Below, piece after piece: positions 1 through 12,525 of a stretch of DNA of 64,000 nt. Source of the stretch: Oopsacas minuta (lineage: Eukaryota; Animalia; Porifera); NCBI GenBank assembly GCA_024704765.1, contig JAKMXF010000111.1, forward strand, positions 1,809,627-1,873,626, in the 5' to 3' direction. Under the pieces are notes generated by a model. That model did not search any database. It was not told where the DNA came from and worked only from the letters and a program-made list of their open reading frames with translations. Position 1 is the stretch's first letter. Each line of letters opens with the position of its first letter. The position numbers were made by a program, and so were the translations under genes.

Positions 1-664
1 AATTTCTGACGGGCTTTTACCCCTCCTAAACTCGATAAATATGTAAGCCCTGAAATGTTCTTTGTCTAAATTCATCAACGCTATAGGAGCATATTCTCTA
101 TGAGCAAATATAGTGAATTACCAGAAAACAAATGATAAGAATTGTGTATAAACCGAATTAGTACATTATATGGTGTAGTCTTTACAGTCATGGGCAAATG
201 ACATATAATTTTGATTATCTACAAGTTACACATCGAGTCTCATTACTTTTGTGTCCCACCAAGTGTTTGTATTTATATGTATATACAATGTAATTCAAGT
301 ATATTTGAGAGTTTCAAAAGTACTTGTACTTGTAGCTAAATACATTTCAGTATGGGATTAACCATCGAGCGAAACTTCAATGTTACAATCAAGAATAGAC
401 AGTCTTTTTGGACTTGATGAAAATATACTGTAAATTGTTTTAGTTGTTCCTAGAAATGTTATTACATCTGTACAACATAAAGCTGATTTCGCACCACACA
501 AGTTTTGACTATGATACCCACAAGGTGAGATAGTGCATAAAGGATTTTCTTGCTCTAAATGTTTTGAACTCCATTATGCCTTCCGAATAAAATACTTGCA
601 TTATCATATCCCTGCCACCTGCAATCTTTAAAAGGAATTTCATTTTCTGTTAGAAATTATAATT

Positions 665-1805
665 TCATAGTAGCGATCTCTGAACTAGTTTGCTGGAGTC
701 ATCAACGAAAGTAAAAAACTGTCCACGAATTATGTACTTATTCTGTTCCCGGGTCAAGTATCTAAACACAAAGGTGCTTTGTTCAATTTCTGAAACATTT
801 AGAGTCGTATCTACCATGATGAAAAAGTATTTAGCATCATCTCGTTCTTCTCGGATGCAACGGGGAACATTATCTGCGGATATATGGATAAATTCGTTTT
901 GAGAATCCTTAGAAAGTAATGGACCTGTAAACCTTTCCCTCCTTTTTGAGATTCTTGCACTATTGTAACGTGTCACGAAGAACTTGATCATAATGAGATA
1001 TAAATTCAATTATTCCAAGAAAATTACCATTGTGAACATCTCCCCTAAAGGACAGACTCCTTTCACCCAAGAGGAGAACAACATCAAAGATTTTTTGCAG
1101 TAATATCTTCCATTTGTTATTTCGATTGTCATGCTTGCAGTAAGTTGCATACCAATTGTAGAGTTGTGCAGTAAACGAATTTAAATTGATGCCATTCCAA
1201 GTAACATCGTTTGTGATTTGTGCTATTTTCATATTGAGATCTACTATAGAATAGTCTTTACATTTGACCTACGACCGAAACCAGTTACCGAAGCAAGATA
1301 TGAAGGAGTTGAGCTGATACATGCTTCTGTATATGCAAATAACCTACACGGAAACCAAGTATTCTTAGATTGACTGTAAACAAGCCAATCTGTGTTTTCA
1401 GTTTCATCATTTAGCCTTCCTTTCATAAACAAAGAGAAGGGAAAAGCTTAACCTGTGACATCTGGAGGAATGTATAATAGTTTGGGTTGAGACCGGGTAT
1501 TCACCCACTCCTCAATCCCTTTCTTTGAAACATGTGCATATAAGGCTCCAATGTAATATATTCTCACTTGATTCCTTTCAAATTCACAAGTGGCTTTAAC
1601 TTCGGAATGGTATTCTGAAACTTTGTTCTTAAAATTGTCCACGGCATCAAGAATATTCTCATCCAATACTCTTTCCATAAGTTTTGAAGAATTTCAGCTG
1701 GTCTGTGAATACCGACTTGAAATAATGTCTGCAATCCTTTCATCGACACTATCTCTTACCCGCTTCTCTTGACGATTTTGTGCACCTAACTTATGAGTGT
1801 AAGAC
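665..1805 (-). pseudogene. Degraded hAT transposase, ZMYM1/DUF4371-like with TTF-type zinc finger; 3' truncated
   Basis: Consecutive minus-strand fragments: MSYTHKLGAQNRQEKR, DWLVYSQSKNTWFPCRLF (TTF Zn finger), LSFRG..GNFLGIIEFISHYDQVL and SQNEFIH..AKYFFIMVDTTLNVSEIEQSTFVFRYL (first catalytic D region). Multiple frameshifts; no TIRs found. Confidence 0.75.
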
Positions 1806-2328
1806 ATAATTACTGATCGAAATATTGAAGGATTGAAATACAGCAATTTGTAGAATTCAATATCAATAATCGTGTTGAAAGTAAAATAAATTAATCTCAA
1901 ATGAACTAATATGGTTTCAACCGATGAAATATAATTAGTAACAATTTATTAATGACATGTTGAATCCTTTGTCTGATTTGTGTGAGATCATAGCAATTAT
2001 TAGTGTAAGAAAGTAATTCATATTGGAGCAAAAGATGTTTTATGTACAGTATGTCCCATAATATTGTCAGTAATCTCGATTTGTTATTATTGAATATTAC
2101 CCAACCATTCTTTGTTATTTTAGTAACAGTTCAGAAGAAAAGCTGAATAAATTACAAACATTCTTATATTAATGATTCCGTTTAGACTCCATTGATATCA
2201 TTACTATTGGATGGTGTTACACCACCAAATAATGACACAATTCTTTTCACAAATAATTTTGTATTTTCCAACATTTCTATGATTGTGAAATTATTCAAGG
2301 CTTGTCTGAAAACCCCCCACAAAGTCGA

Positions 2329-2632
2329 ATGGAAATTCAAACCCTTTACAATGCTCGAATTACCAGCGCTAAAGATATATCCTCGTGTATTGGTGTCCCC
2401 GTCAGAACTGTGTTTCAGGTAATTGGGTTGGCAAAATAATACAAATGTCTTATTCACAAAGGTAGCTGGTCCACCTACGAAAATTCTAGCAAGAGACAAG
2501 AGAAGGATATCCGCTCTACTTAAATCAAACGCAAGGATGTCTGTTCGACAGTTGACTACCCGATTGCAATCGATGGCCAGAAAAAGAACAGTGTATCGCC
2601 ACCTTAAAAGAAAAAATGTAAAATCCCTGTGA
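2329..2632 (+). pseudogene. Tc1-like transposase N-terminal (paired HTH) fragment
   Basis: MEIQTLYNARITSAKDISSCIGVPVRTVFQV, then after a frameshift KILARDKRRISALLKSNARMSVRQL..KRTVYRHLKR. Resembles the N-terminus of the Tc1 at 46753-48120 (QIEILYNAGITKGVDI..KIKANDKRRIAALYQSNPRTSLR). Confidence 0.6.
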
Positions 2633-3461
2633 TTCGAATTCGAGCATTAAGAACTTCAGAGACATCAGACAAACAACAAGAACATAGTATATATCCAGGA
2701 ATTAGTGTAATGTCGGGTGTATCAACTCCAGGGCCTTTATGTCATAGTTACGTGAGTGTGCGTAGAACATCATGACGCTCAGACTCATTAACTTGTCCAA
2801 TTAACCATGAATGTAAAGACATGCAATCAATAATGACAAAAGGTGGAATCTATGTATGAAATACAAAATAATTTAGTTATTCTTATAAATATTTCAGTAG
2901 GTATGTATAAACTTATGTTTATTGAATTATATATATACGAGCCTTTGGCTCGTCGCTTCACTATAAACTCAGCGAATTGCACCTCGATGTAATCAACGGA
3001 TAAACAAACAGGCAAAGAACAATTGAGATTTAATAATATTGATGTTGCTTACAATACTCAGACTAAGAGGACTCGATTATCCCAGTATAGTGGTTGAAAG
3101 TATGATTCTTCCTCAATTTTGAACTTTGATTACTATATAGTTATGAAAACAACAATAAAATACATATGAGAAACCTGAAAATTCGAAATCCGTATTTAGC
3201 GTACTTAGTTACCCCCTGTGTAGCTTTTAGAACAAGCCTGTATGTATATTTTGAAATTTAGCTAATTTGTTCAATTTATATTTATAATCAACAATAAACT
3301 TACATTTGATTAATCCAAAAGTGTGAAAATCGAATTCAGCATGTTCGATATATTTAGTGCTGTTTTATTGAATTCTATACTTCCCCGATAAACATGATAA
3401 ATGCCTAGTTATGCTAGAATTTCAAAACTGCATACCGTAAATCATTTCCTTGACAACGGAG

Positions 3462-3510
3462 AAACAAACAAACAAACAAACAGACAGACAGACAGACAGT
3501 TAGACAGACA
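3462..3510 (+). repeat. Compound microsatellite (CAAA)n(CAGA)n
   Basis: aaacaaacaaacaaacaaacagacagacagacagacagttagacagaca. Confidence 0.85.
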
Positions 3511-3688
3511 ACTAAACTTTGAGATTTAATAATATAGATCATTACTTAGCAGCAAACTATCAAGAATGGAATGCTGAACTTAAATATAGGGACAATATAT
3601 ATTTAATAGATATAACATACCATGATTGATTGATATGAACCACCACAAATGATGCTATAAACTTAAATAGATATACGTATATACTATA

Positions 3689-4896
3689 CAGTCAACTCCG
3701 CTTAATTGGACCAGAACCAATTCTATTTACCAGTCATTGTTATCATCATGATTCACGGAAGGCATTAAACGATCCGATTTTGTATATTGAATGGGATTGA
3801 CCCACCATAGAGTGATTAACACAATGTTGCAAAAGGCGATTATGGGCTGATAGGTACTTACACTGAAGGTATATGTTAAAATCTTATCATATATAGTAAA
3901 TCGACTTTGTAGATTTAAAATGCCACCAGTTTTTAGTTCACATCTGGAAATGGGACTATGATGTAATCTGTGGTACTATCTTTTAAGTAATAAGTTATGG
4001 ATTAAGAATAAATGAGTTCTAAATTTTTGAGTGTTATATATCGGCCAGCCCTATAAATTATTTATAAACTTGAAAACAATGCGTATATTGAATTCAATTC
4101 TAAATTGGATAATTCATAAAATGATACTAATGAATTAGAAATAAAGTAATTATAAAATATTATAACGAGAATTTACATTTTTCTAAAAATAAATTTCATC
4201 CGAATCGGTGTCCCATACATTCAATATCAAGGAAAGTATAAGTGGGCGCCTTTGGACGGGTCTAGAAATTATTGAGAATGAAATTTAGAAAGATATACTA
4301 TGCGAAATTGTGAACTATTCAAATCACAATTATTTACATTGTTAGATCGGGGACCCAAAATCTAGGTCAAGGAGCTGAAATATTTATAAAAATAGACGGC
4401 TAAAAATGCATGAGAAAGAAAAATAACCATTTATTTTATTTTGCAAACGAGATAAAATACACCACATAATGGATACGAATATTGATAAATGCTATTGATT
4501 TATCGATAGTCCAGGATACTCAAATATCGCAAGGGTATTAGAAGAATAAACATTTGTGGTCTTCAAGATTTCAAAGTTCTAATTTAGCCTAAGTTTGAGA
4601 CTTTGGTTACACATGTAGCAAGTTCATTAAGTAACTAATAATAGCTTATTTCAAGATTTGAATTAGTGTAAATCGAATGCACACAATAATTTTGGCAAAT
4701 AGCAAAGTCAAATTTTCACCTATTAGCGTATATTTCTCACCCTGTGGCGTTAACTAGCTTTAGGGGATTCTGCGACTGAGAATTAGAATAGTACTGCTCT
4801 TTAGTATCATTATTAGAAAATCTCCGGGTAATTGAGAACTCTAAATCTGGACAAAAGGGCTGGAACTAATTTGTCTCGATTAAGCTGAGTTGACTA
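3689..4896. mobile_element. Non-autonomous pogo/Tigger-like element
   Basis: TA-flanked imperfect TIRs: cagtcaactccgcttaat at 3689 and attaagctgagttgacta ending at 4896. No transposase ORF. Another end of the same family lies at 30276-30294. Confidence 0.5.
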
Positions 4897-6771
4897 TAGA
4901 TAGATTAGAAACAACGTAATTAAAAAACTTACAGCAAAAAAGGAATATACGGGAACCAAAGAGAACTGTCTATATAAGGAAATACACCTATAATATATAA
5001 AATAAACCACAAAACTTTGGATTCTTGATATATCTCTTAATGCCTTCTCATAGTTCCGGTTTCATCTTAACAGTTAAATTCAGTTCCAGAATTAACATAC
5101 GTACTGCTCCCAAATCATAATAATGTCATATTCATTGGATTACTTGTAGTTTAGACTATAAATGGGTCGATATGTAGAAGAGTTAAATTATTACCACTGT
5201 TGTCACTATTTGAAAAGAGACAGTGATTTTGAAATATTGTAAGAAATCACTGTCTATACAGAAAACTCAATATTTTATGAAGTTATAACCTATAAACCAT
5301 CTGAGCAAATGATTTAATATTTGACAATACATGTTGACTGGTTAGTAGCCACCCAAACAGCAATTTTCATACAATTCTGAGGCTGTTGGTGAATTGGCTG
5401 AATGATCTGACATGGAAATCCACAATAACAAAATACCTCTACAAATAGATTTGAATTTGAGGGGAAAATTGTCCGACACTTAGATGAAAAGCAAAAGTTG
5501 CACTGTAGGAGGTAGAAAGTATCAATTCTTGCTCGGGCTTAGAATCTTCAGTAATTTCATTTCTGGAGAGAATATCTAAGCTAAATAACTCTCTGGATGA
5601 TAATTTTCCATCTTTAGCAAAAAACCTTTAGTCTTCGGGATCTACTATTTACCAAAACACGGGAAAATATAGAATGACATAACAGGGCTCCAATCATTTG
5701 GAGGATGACACAAATACTGATGATATTCGGTTTAGATCAACAGCATACCGTATGCTGATATACTGTTGGTAACCGAATATGAATTAATCTCAATTACTTA
5801 TTTTTCGGTTGCAACCTTGCTTTAAATATAATTTTGGAATCTTGAAGACTCTGGTTCAATGAACCGGCTTAACGCCCTGTACTACACCATTCTTAATGAC
5901 TGGACATTAGGGTAGAAGACAATTTAATTCACTTGTTGCTTTACAACACCGAATTATGAATTGTTATTGATCTTTCATAATTATCACTTTTGATCTGATT
6001 TGCATCGATTGAAAATGTCAAACATCTTCACCTGCGAAATGTTGGTATTCAAGAAATACGAATAATTTCTGATAATTTGATGTATATTTTAATTAGAAGT
6101 GCTTCCATACAATGAAATAGGCAATCTCTTCCCAAATTACTATCACTGTTTGTCAATGTGGGTGCTCAAGTAGGAGAGTAGCCAATTCCGTAAACTGCCC
6201 CCCACCAAGAGCCGCCAGCTGCTGTTCGCCCATGCCAATCAATTCTAGTGCCTAAGCCTCGTCAATTATATAATAAATTAATTGTTATGAGATTATCATT
6301 TATACGCCGAGATTGTATTTCATATTTGTTTAGATTACCTAATTTCCAAGTTTTCATATGCATATGGTCAGTTGCTTTCTGTTTCCAAAAGCATTTCCGA
6401 TAGATATAATCTAACATATCAATGTGATCAGTGCGTACATACTTATCAGTTAGTTGATTCAAATTTATTAATTAGATGTATCTGTAGACTTACCTGGGTG
6501 CACACGTGACAGGGTCGTCTCCAGGAGCTTACTATTGGTCAGGTGACCTATAGAAAAACAAATGGAATCACTAAAGGTTTGAAAAAACATACTCGAGAAC
6601 AGTGTAATGTAAATATAACAAGAGGATAATCTGCTGAAACTCAAAAGATTTGAGAGCAAAATCATGTAGACGAATCTCTAAAGATAAAATGCAAGGGGAT
6701 AATTACATTTTGCATCCCTCAATCTCCCCGGGCACTACGCCCCTGGCTGTACTAATTGAATTCGAAACATA

Positions 6772-7060
6772 CAGGGCGTTTCAATAATCGTACACAAAAA
6801 GATTTGTTTGAATTAAACTCGTGAGAAAGATAAATGGATAAACATGGTCTAATATGATAAATAATGTCTTGACATAGATGAAAATAAATAGACAAAGGGT
6901 TACAACCAAACGAAATATTTCAAAATGATTATGTTCAAATTAGATCCTTTTTACAACAACCTGTTCAAGTGGATACCAAAATTTTGCATCTAGTATATTA
7001 TGCAAGTAAGTTGCGTTATTTGAGAGATAAAGTCTTCTACTTAAGTGTTTAGTTCTATTT
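6772..7060 (-). mobile_element. 3' end fragment of a Tc1/mariner element
   Basis: TA+cagggcgtttcaat TIR-like end. The minus strand reads like a transposase C-terminus (..AKFWYPLEQVVVKRI*FEH). No partner end found. Confidence 0.35.
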
Positions 7061-8244
7061 ATAGACTTGATAGCATATTATGTGTTGCTTTGCTCATAAT
7101 ACTTGTACCAATCAACCTTTACAATTCACACAACTTCCGCCCGTAGATTAATACACGACATATACCTGAGTTTGGGTAATATAACAATGGTGTTTAGGCA
7201 ACATGCATGCAAAGTGAGCAGAAAATTTGGGGTTTCCAATTTTAGGCAATATTTCAGTGTATTGGCATGAATTTCTAATACTACAATGATTCGATAACAT
7301 GTAAAGTTATCTTGGTGGGTGATATATCCCCCTGAGCCTGCCACCGGCTAGATATGAAGCAACTTTCGATAATAAATTTTGCAAGAATGAGAGGAATTGC
7401 TATTCGATTTGAAAGGAGGCCAAAATTCCTCGGCGGCCCTGTGTAACTGTCTGAAAATTTATCCTTAGAGTGATAAGCGATAAACCAGAATTACATGCGT
7501 GCCGAAATTTCTACTCGCAGCCCACGATTGATTTAGTGGGCACGCAAGAAAGCCGAAAAACAAAAATTTCACAGGGAAACTATAGTTCCGTTTACTTTTA
7601 AGTATTCCCAATCAGAACTTGTGACAAGTCAAAAAAGTAACCTGAGATAGTTATGCTAAGTAGCTTAATGGATGTCATATGGGTGTATTTCCCAGCAGGC
7701 CAGCAAAATAGTTTTTCATGTCGCACGGCCCGCCGACCGATGTTAAAATGAATTTTGATTAATAATACAGTAAGATTATATGAAAATTCGTACCAAAAAT
7801 AGTGTTAGGAATGTGGATGTTAACAATTGACAAATACAATGCAAAGAAAAATTTATTAAAACATAACGTAGGGAGCTTATATGCCGACTATAAACTTTTT
7901 ATATTTCTAATATTCTCCATATTACTGATTTCCTTCAAGGCCAAATACCCACGTTAATCGGTTGAGAACAACTTCACATGTGGATTAGCTATTCATGAAA
8001 AATCATGTTTACTTAATGATTGTTGAATGGGTAAAATATTATATTGTGGAACAACTGATGTTCTGTCAGTATGGTCCACAGTGTGGCAATATTAGGAAAT
8101 AGGCATATTGTAAAGAACATATTTCAATGCATTTTTCGAATTCTCCATAGTTCAATTAGTAAGAAAATATCATTGCTAGCATTAGAAGCAGTTAGGAATC
8201 CTAACTACGCATAACTTTGTTTTATGTTTCTAATAATAGATATA

Positions 8245-9554
8245 CAGGGTGGCCAATAAGTTCTGCCACATTGAAAAATTATTGTAACTTAACGAATTCT
8301 CATTCGATCTTGTTGACATTTTACATACGCTTCTACATACTACTACATATATTTTATACGAACGTCATTCAATATATCCACCCATTTGCTTGATGACAGA
8401 CTTCAGACGTTGATTGACTACCGCTACAGCGGTACGAACCATTTCTTAAGGGATATTTTCCCATTCTCGCCTCAAAGATGTCTTCAATGATTCGATATTC
8501 GTATGAGACTTCGAGCAGGCTCTTGACTCCAAAATCGACCAAAGAGAAAAATCCAAAGGGTTTAGGTCTGGACTAGAGGGAGGCCATTCTACCTTCGTGA
8601 TAAAGTGGGGAATATTCGCACCAAGCCACTCTTGAGTGCTTTTTACAGTGTGAGCAGGCGCACCGTCCTGTTGAAACACAAATGAACCATTTTCAAACAT
8701 GATCTTGCCAAGGTCTTTCACTAATGGTTCTAGAATGAGCTCCTTGTATGTTGCAGCGTTGATTTTGCACCAGATGGGACGAAAACAAGCAGTGTCCGAC
8801 CAACAGAGGATATTCCCGCCCAAACCATCACCGAGAGTGGTTTCTGGGCTCGTTTAACAAATCTGTATTTCTCAGGGATGGCAGAGGTACATGTCGACAA
8901 ATTCCATCATTCTGACGATTTGATACTTGCTCCACAATAAAGAGTTTCTCGTCAGAGAAAAGTACTCGATCTAGGCCTTGGGTGGCGAATCGAGAAAGGA
9001 GTCCTTTGCTTCTTGACAGCCTCTTCATTTTTATTTGATCAGTAATGAAGTGAACTTTTCTCCGCTTAAAAGAAGATAACCCTAAGTCTCTTCTTACAAT
9101 ATTTTGAGGCGATCCACGAGTTACTTTTAGTTCTTTGGCCATTTTTCTTACTGATCGCTGATGATTCCGCCATACCCGACTCCTGACTGTCTTCCTCATC
9201 CGTATAGTCGTAACTGACACTGGGCGACCACTTCTAGGTTTGTTTATAATGTTACCAGTCTCGTTGAATTGTGTTATAGTACGAAATATGAAATTTCTTC
9301 TAGTTTCTGCAATATTTAGTATTCTCATTATTTCCTTTTGATTTTTCCCATTTTTGAATAATTCAATTATTGCTGATCGTTTGCTTTCCATTGCCACCAA
9401 ATTTGTTGCTATGTACTAAATGTTATACAATTCTGTTGAATTTCGATCCTAAGACTTAAATCAATGAATTGAATACGAAAGCTACCTATTTATCATGGTT
9501 ACATAAATTATATTACTATATAAAGTTATGGGGAAGAACTTATTTGCCACCCTG
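8245..9554 (-). mobile_element. maT (DD37D) Tc1/mariner element nested in the Transib/RAG1-like transposon
   Basis: TA-flanked TIRs cagggtggc(c/a)aataagttct. ORFs 8828-9400 and 8446-8823 contain FSDEKLF, QQDGAPAH and SPDLNPLDF, with 37 residues between the second and third D. Frameshifted. Confidence 0.92.
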
Positions 9555-10189
9555 TATATATTCTCAAACCGCAAATTCCTATGTCCTAATGTATGTAACA
9601 TATTTGATGTAAATACTAAATATAAGAGTGAAAAACATCTTCTGAGAATCAATCTATATTATAACAACAATTTAATCACTTTCCAGGCTTGCCGAAAGCT
9701 GCCAAAAAATTTATCACGTCATTCATTGTCCGGACCGGACAAAATCCGAAAAATATATTTTTCATACGTTTTAAATCTTTCAGTAAAATTCTATATTTTG
9801 GTGGTTATTAGTTATTGCAATACTCTACAACCATATCTCATAATGTTTCTATGTTAGAGTAGCCATTTTGCGGATCATGTCTGTACTAATCACGAACAAT
9901 GAGGCATATAGTTTGTATATATTTCGAATGGAAGAAGTGCCACAGTCTCTGTTAGGGAACTTATTGAGAACAACCATTTATCCGATGAAGAAACTGCTAT
10001 TCTCCATTTCAAATTTAAATCACTTCTAACATCCAGAGAGGCTTACCGCAGGAAGGATCTTGAAACATGGGATAACATGATTTTCCACTCTACTCACTAA
10101 CAATATTCAATCCGAGAAAGAGAATATCGCTTGATCCTGAATTTCCTTCTTTACTCACTGATTCTGAAAATCGAAACTTTTCAGAATAG

Positions 10190-12027
10190 ATTGTAACTGA
10201 ATCCTGGAAGCATATTCTCGAATGTCACATGAAGACTTCCAGATCGAGACTTGGTGTTCTTTTAGAGCATGTGGACTTTTTAGCAGAGAGAGAAAAGATT
10301 GAGCCTAAACAATTACTCGCTCTAGCCTTAGAATTAGTCTCAAATAAATCCTATGACCGTGATACTTCAGAGATGTGCAGGGAAATAATTGATAAGGGAT
10401 CTTTTAACGGTGTATTGAACAAAGTACAAATCTCTAAATGTGCTTATATATTGGACAGCTTAGAAATTTGGGCGAGTGAATACACGAATCTGAAAAGAAT
10501 TCTCAAAGGTGATGTTAAGCTTCCTTCCTATAAGCTTGTCTCGCAATATCGTAGGGAAATAAGCCTAATAAATGAAATGGGAATAGTTAGAGACCCCGAA
10601 GCATTGCCAATTGGGACTTGCGTCTCTTATCATTCCATCCTTAGTCTGACCATTCAACGCTTGCTTTCAACATTAGACTCAGTTCCTGATTCACACTACC
10701 CACTCAAAATTAAGATATCTGATGGATTGGATGGCTCCGGTTGTCGTCAAACCTATAACCAACAAAGCAATAATTCTATATTAAGCACAAAGACTTTCCT
10801 TTTGTTCGGATTCAAAGTAATATCAATTACAGACACACTTGGAAATGACTTGTTCTATAACAGCTCACCCAACTCTCCGTTCTGCTTTAGGCCAGTAGCA
10901 CTGATAGCTTTGAAAGAAGAATATTCTAATGTAAAGCTTATCATGAATACAATAGTCAATCGTCAAACAGACCATATCATACAGGATGGGTTATCTCTTA
11001 TTGGAGGCCATGCACAGGTCGAGATAGTCTGTTTCCTTTTTGATACCAAGATGGCAGGATTGCTGGATGGAGCTGGTGGGGCTTCTTGTCATCTGTGTAC
11101 TGCAACGGATAGCCAAATTAAAAGTTTAGAATGGGCCCGTTCTGGTTTCCCTATTAACAGACTAATTAGCGACGCTCGGCAACTTTTTGAAGAGGTTGAT
11201 GAAGAAGATTACTTGAAACTCCCATCAAATCAACGTGTTGGTATTACGCATCAACCAACTTCTAACATCGATATTATAGCTGCATCTCCTTTGCATGCTT
11301 ACCTTTGTGTATTCAGGTGGTTCATGCTGTTGATATACCATCTTGATGCAGGACACAAGGTATGGGCGCCATCAAACTCGAAAGTAAATTCTTCCATGAA
11401 ACGGGTTCGAGCTTTACCCCAGGAAAGATGTGACTTCAGTGTCGATATCCCTTCAAGCCAGGGTGGCACTTCAACCACTGGTAACATTGCGCGAGACTGC
11501 TTTTTAAATAAGAGAGACCTTTTGACGTGGGCCACTTCTTCCATTAATCCTTCAGGTAAAATATCATTAGAGAAGATCCAGACAAATCTATCTGTTTTGT
11601 TAAGACTCCTCGACAGTGGTGACTCGATTAACTGTGACAATATGCAATTGTGCAAAGAAACGTACGAATTTATTCTAGTTGAGTACCCATGGGCGAGCAT
11701 CACTCCATCTTTGCACAAGTTACTTGCCCATTCGTTTCAGTTAATAGGTGCTTACAATAATGGTAAGGGATTACAGAATCTCTCTGAGGAATGTTTAGAA
11801 TCCTGCAATAAATTTGTAAGGCGATATCGGGAGAATCTTGCAGAAAAACTTCTTTCACAGATAATGTTAGAGATATTTTAGTCAGGTTGTTATGTTGTAG
11901 TGACCCCATCTTAGTACAGAATCGTTTGAAACACGCAAAGAAGAAAAGAGACGTTGCAAATAACCTCCAAGAAATATTATATAATAGTAACTATCAGATG
12001 ATTTATGATAATAAGTATATCCAATAG
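10190..12027 (+). pseudogene. Transib/RAG1-core-like DDE transposase; 550-aa ORF plus frameshifted C-terminus and disrupted N-terminus
   Basis: Motifs KISDGLDGSG (RAG1 D600 equivalent), PNSPFCFRP, FDTKMAGLLDG (D708) followed by CHLC, SPLHAYL, GGTSTTGNIAR, TPSLHKLLAH and SEECLESCNKFVRRYRENLA (E962). A frameshift near 11843 restores RKTSFTDNVRDILVRLLCCSDP, with a stop at 12025-12027. An in-frame TAG at 10187-10189 and further disrupted coding-like sequence run back to ~9877. Confidence 0.9.
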
Positions 12028-12525
12028 TCATACATAATTAAGGGTCTTTAAATTGTACGTTATCAAATAGCAGAATAGAGACCATGACGTGCATGTATTA
12101 TCAACTTTCATAATATCCTCACTAATGAACCACAAGTGTTAACAATTAGAAAATGTCAGTAATTATATCATAACTAGGTTTATAGTCGTGCAACTAAAAA
12201 AATCATTGGTATTTTTGAAATCTACAGTGTCGATTTAGTAGATGTAAGTATAATTGTGGTGATATTACAGATTCATTTACCTATTTCCCCATTATGGCCA
12301 TTTTTCCAAACTGTGTGGTCTGGAGGGTGTCTGGAATTTAGAATTAGGTCAGATCTCAAAAATATCAATAGATTTGGTAGATCCACTTTGTATATGGTCT
12401 GACAAGGCCCTAGGCAACTTTTCCAAGGTCTCAATTGTGAGTTGGCTCAATTCGGGTCACCCCATACTGCAGCCTCACCTGCCTCCTGGGCATATAGTCA
12501 TTACTAACTACAAAATTTAATTTTA

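Larger units (their letters stand above)
8077..12315 (+). mobile_element. Transib/RAG1-like DNA transposon with both ends, ~2.9 kb after removing a nested maT element
   Basis: Left end CACAGTGTGGCAATAT at 8077. Right end reverse-complements to CACAGTTTGGAAAAAT, ending at 12315. Identical 5-bp TSD TGGTC at 8072-8076 and 12316-12320. Contains a Transib/RAG1-core transposase. CAC termini and a 5-bp TSD are established Transib hallmarks. Confidence 0.92.

Noticed and set aside
5400-5700. Minus-strand coding-like stretch (DGKLSSRELFSLDIL..)
   Set aside because: It is short, stop-interrupted and cannot be assigned to any family by eye.
10229-11881. Domesticated, functional RAG1 gene
   Set aside because: It has an in-frame stop just upstream, a frameshift at ~11843 removing the conserved C-terminus, intact TIRs and TSD, and a nested insertion. 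This is a dead transposon copy, so no gene symbol is given.
11299-11909. Antisense ORFs (also 18329-18562, 28765-28968, 52410-52727, 62700-63383 and others)
   Set aside because: These are shadow frames opposite real coding sequence with no independent protein signature.
8077-12315. Full ProtoRAG (RAG1L + RAG2L) transposon
   Set aside because: Without the maT insert the element is ~2.9 kb, with ~290 bp after the transposase stop and ~500 bp before the coding region. There is no room for, and no sign of, a kelch/PHD RAG2-like ORF.
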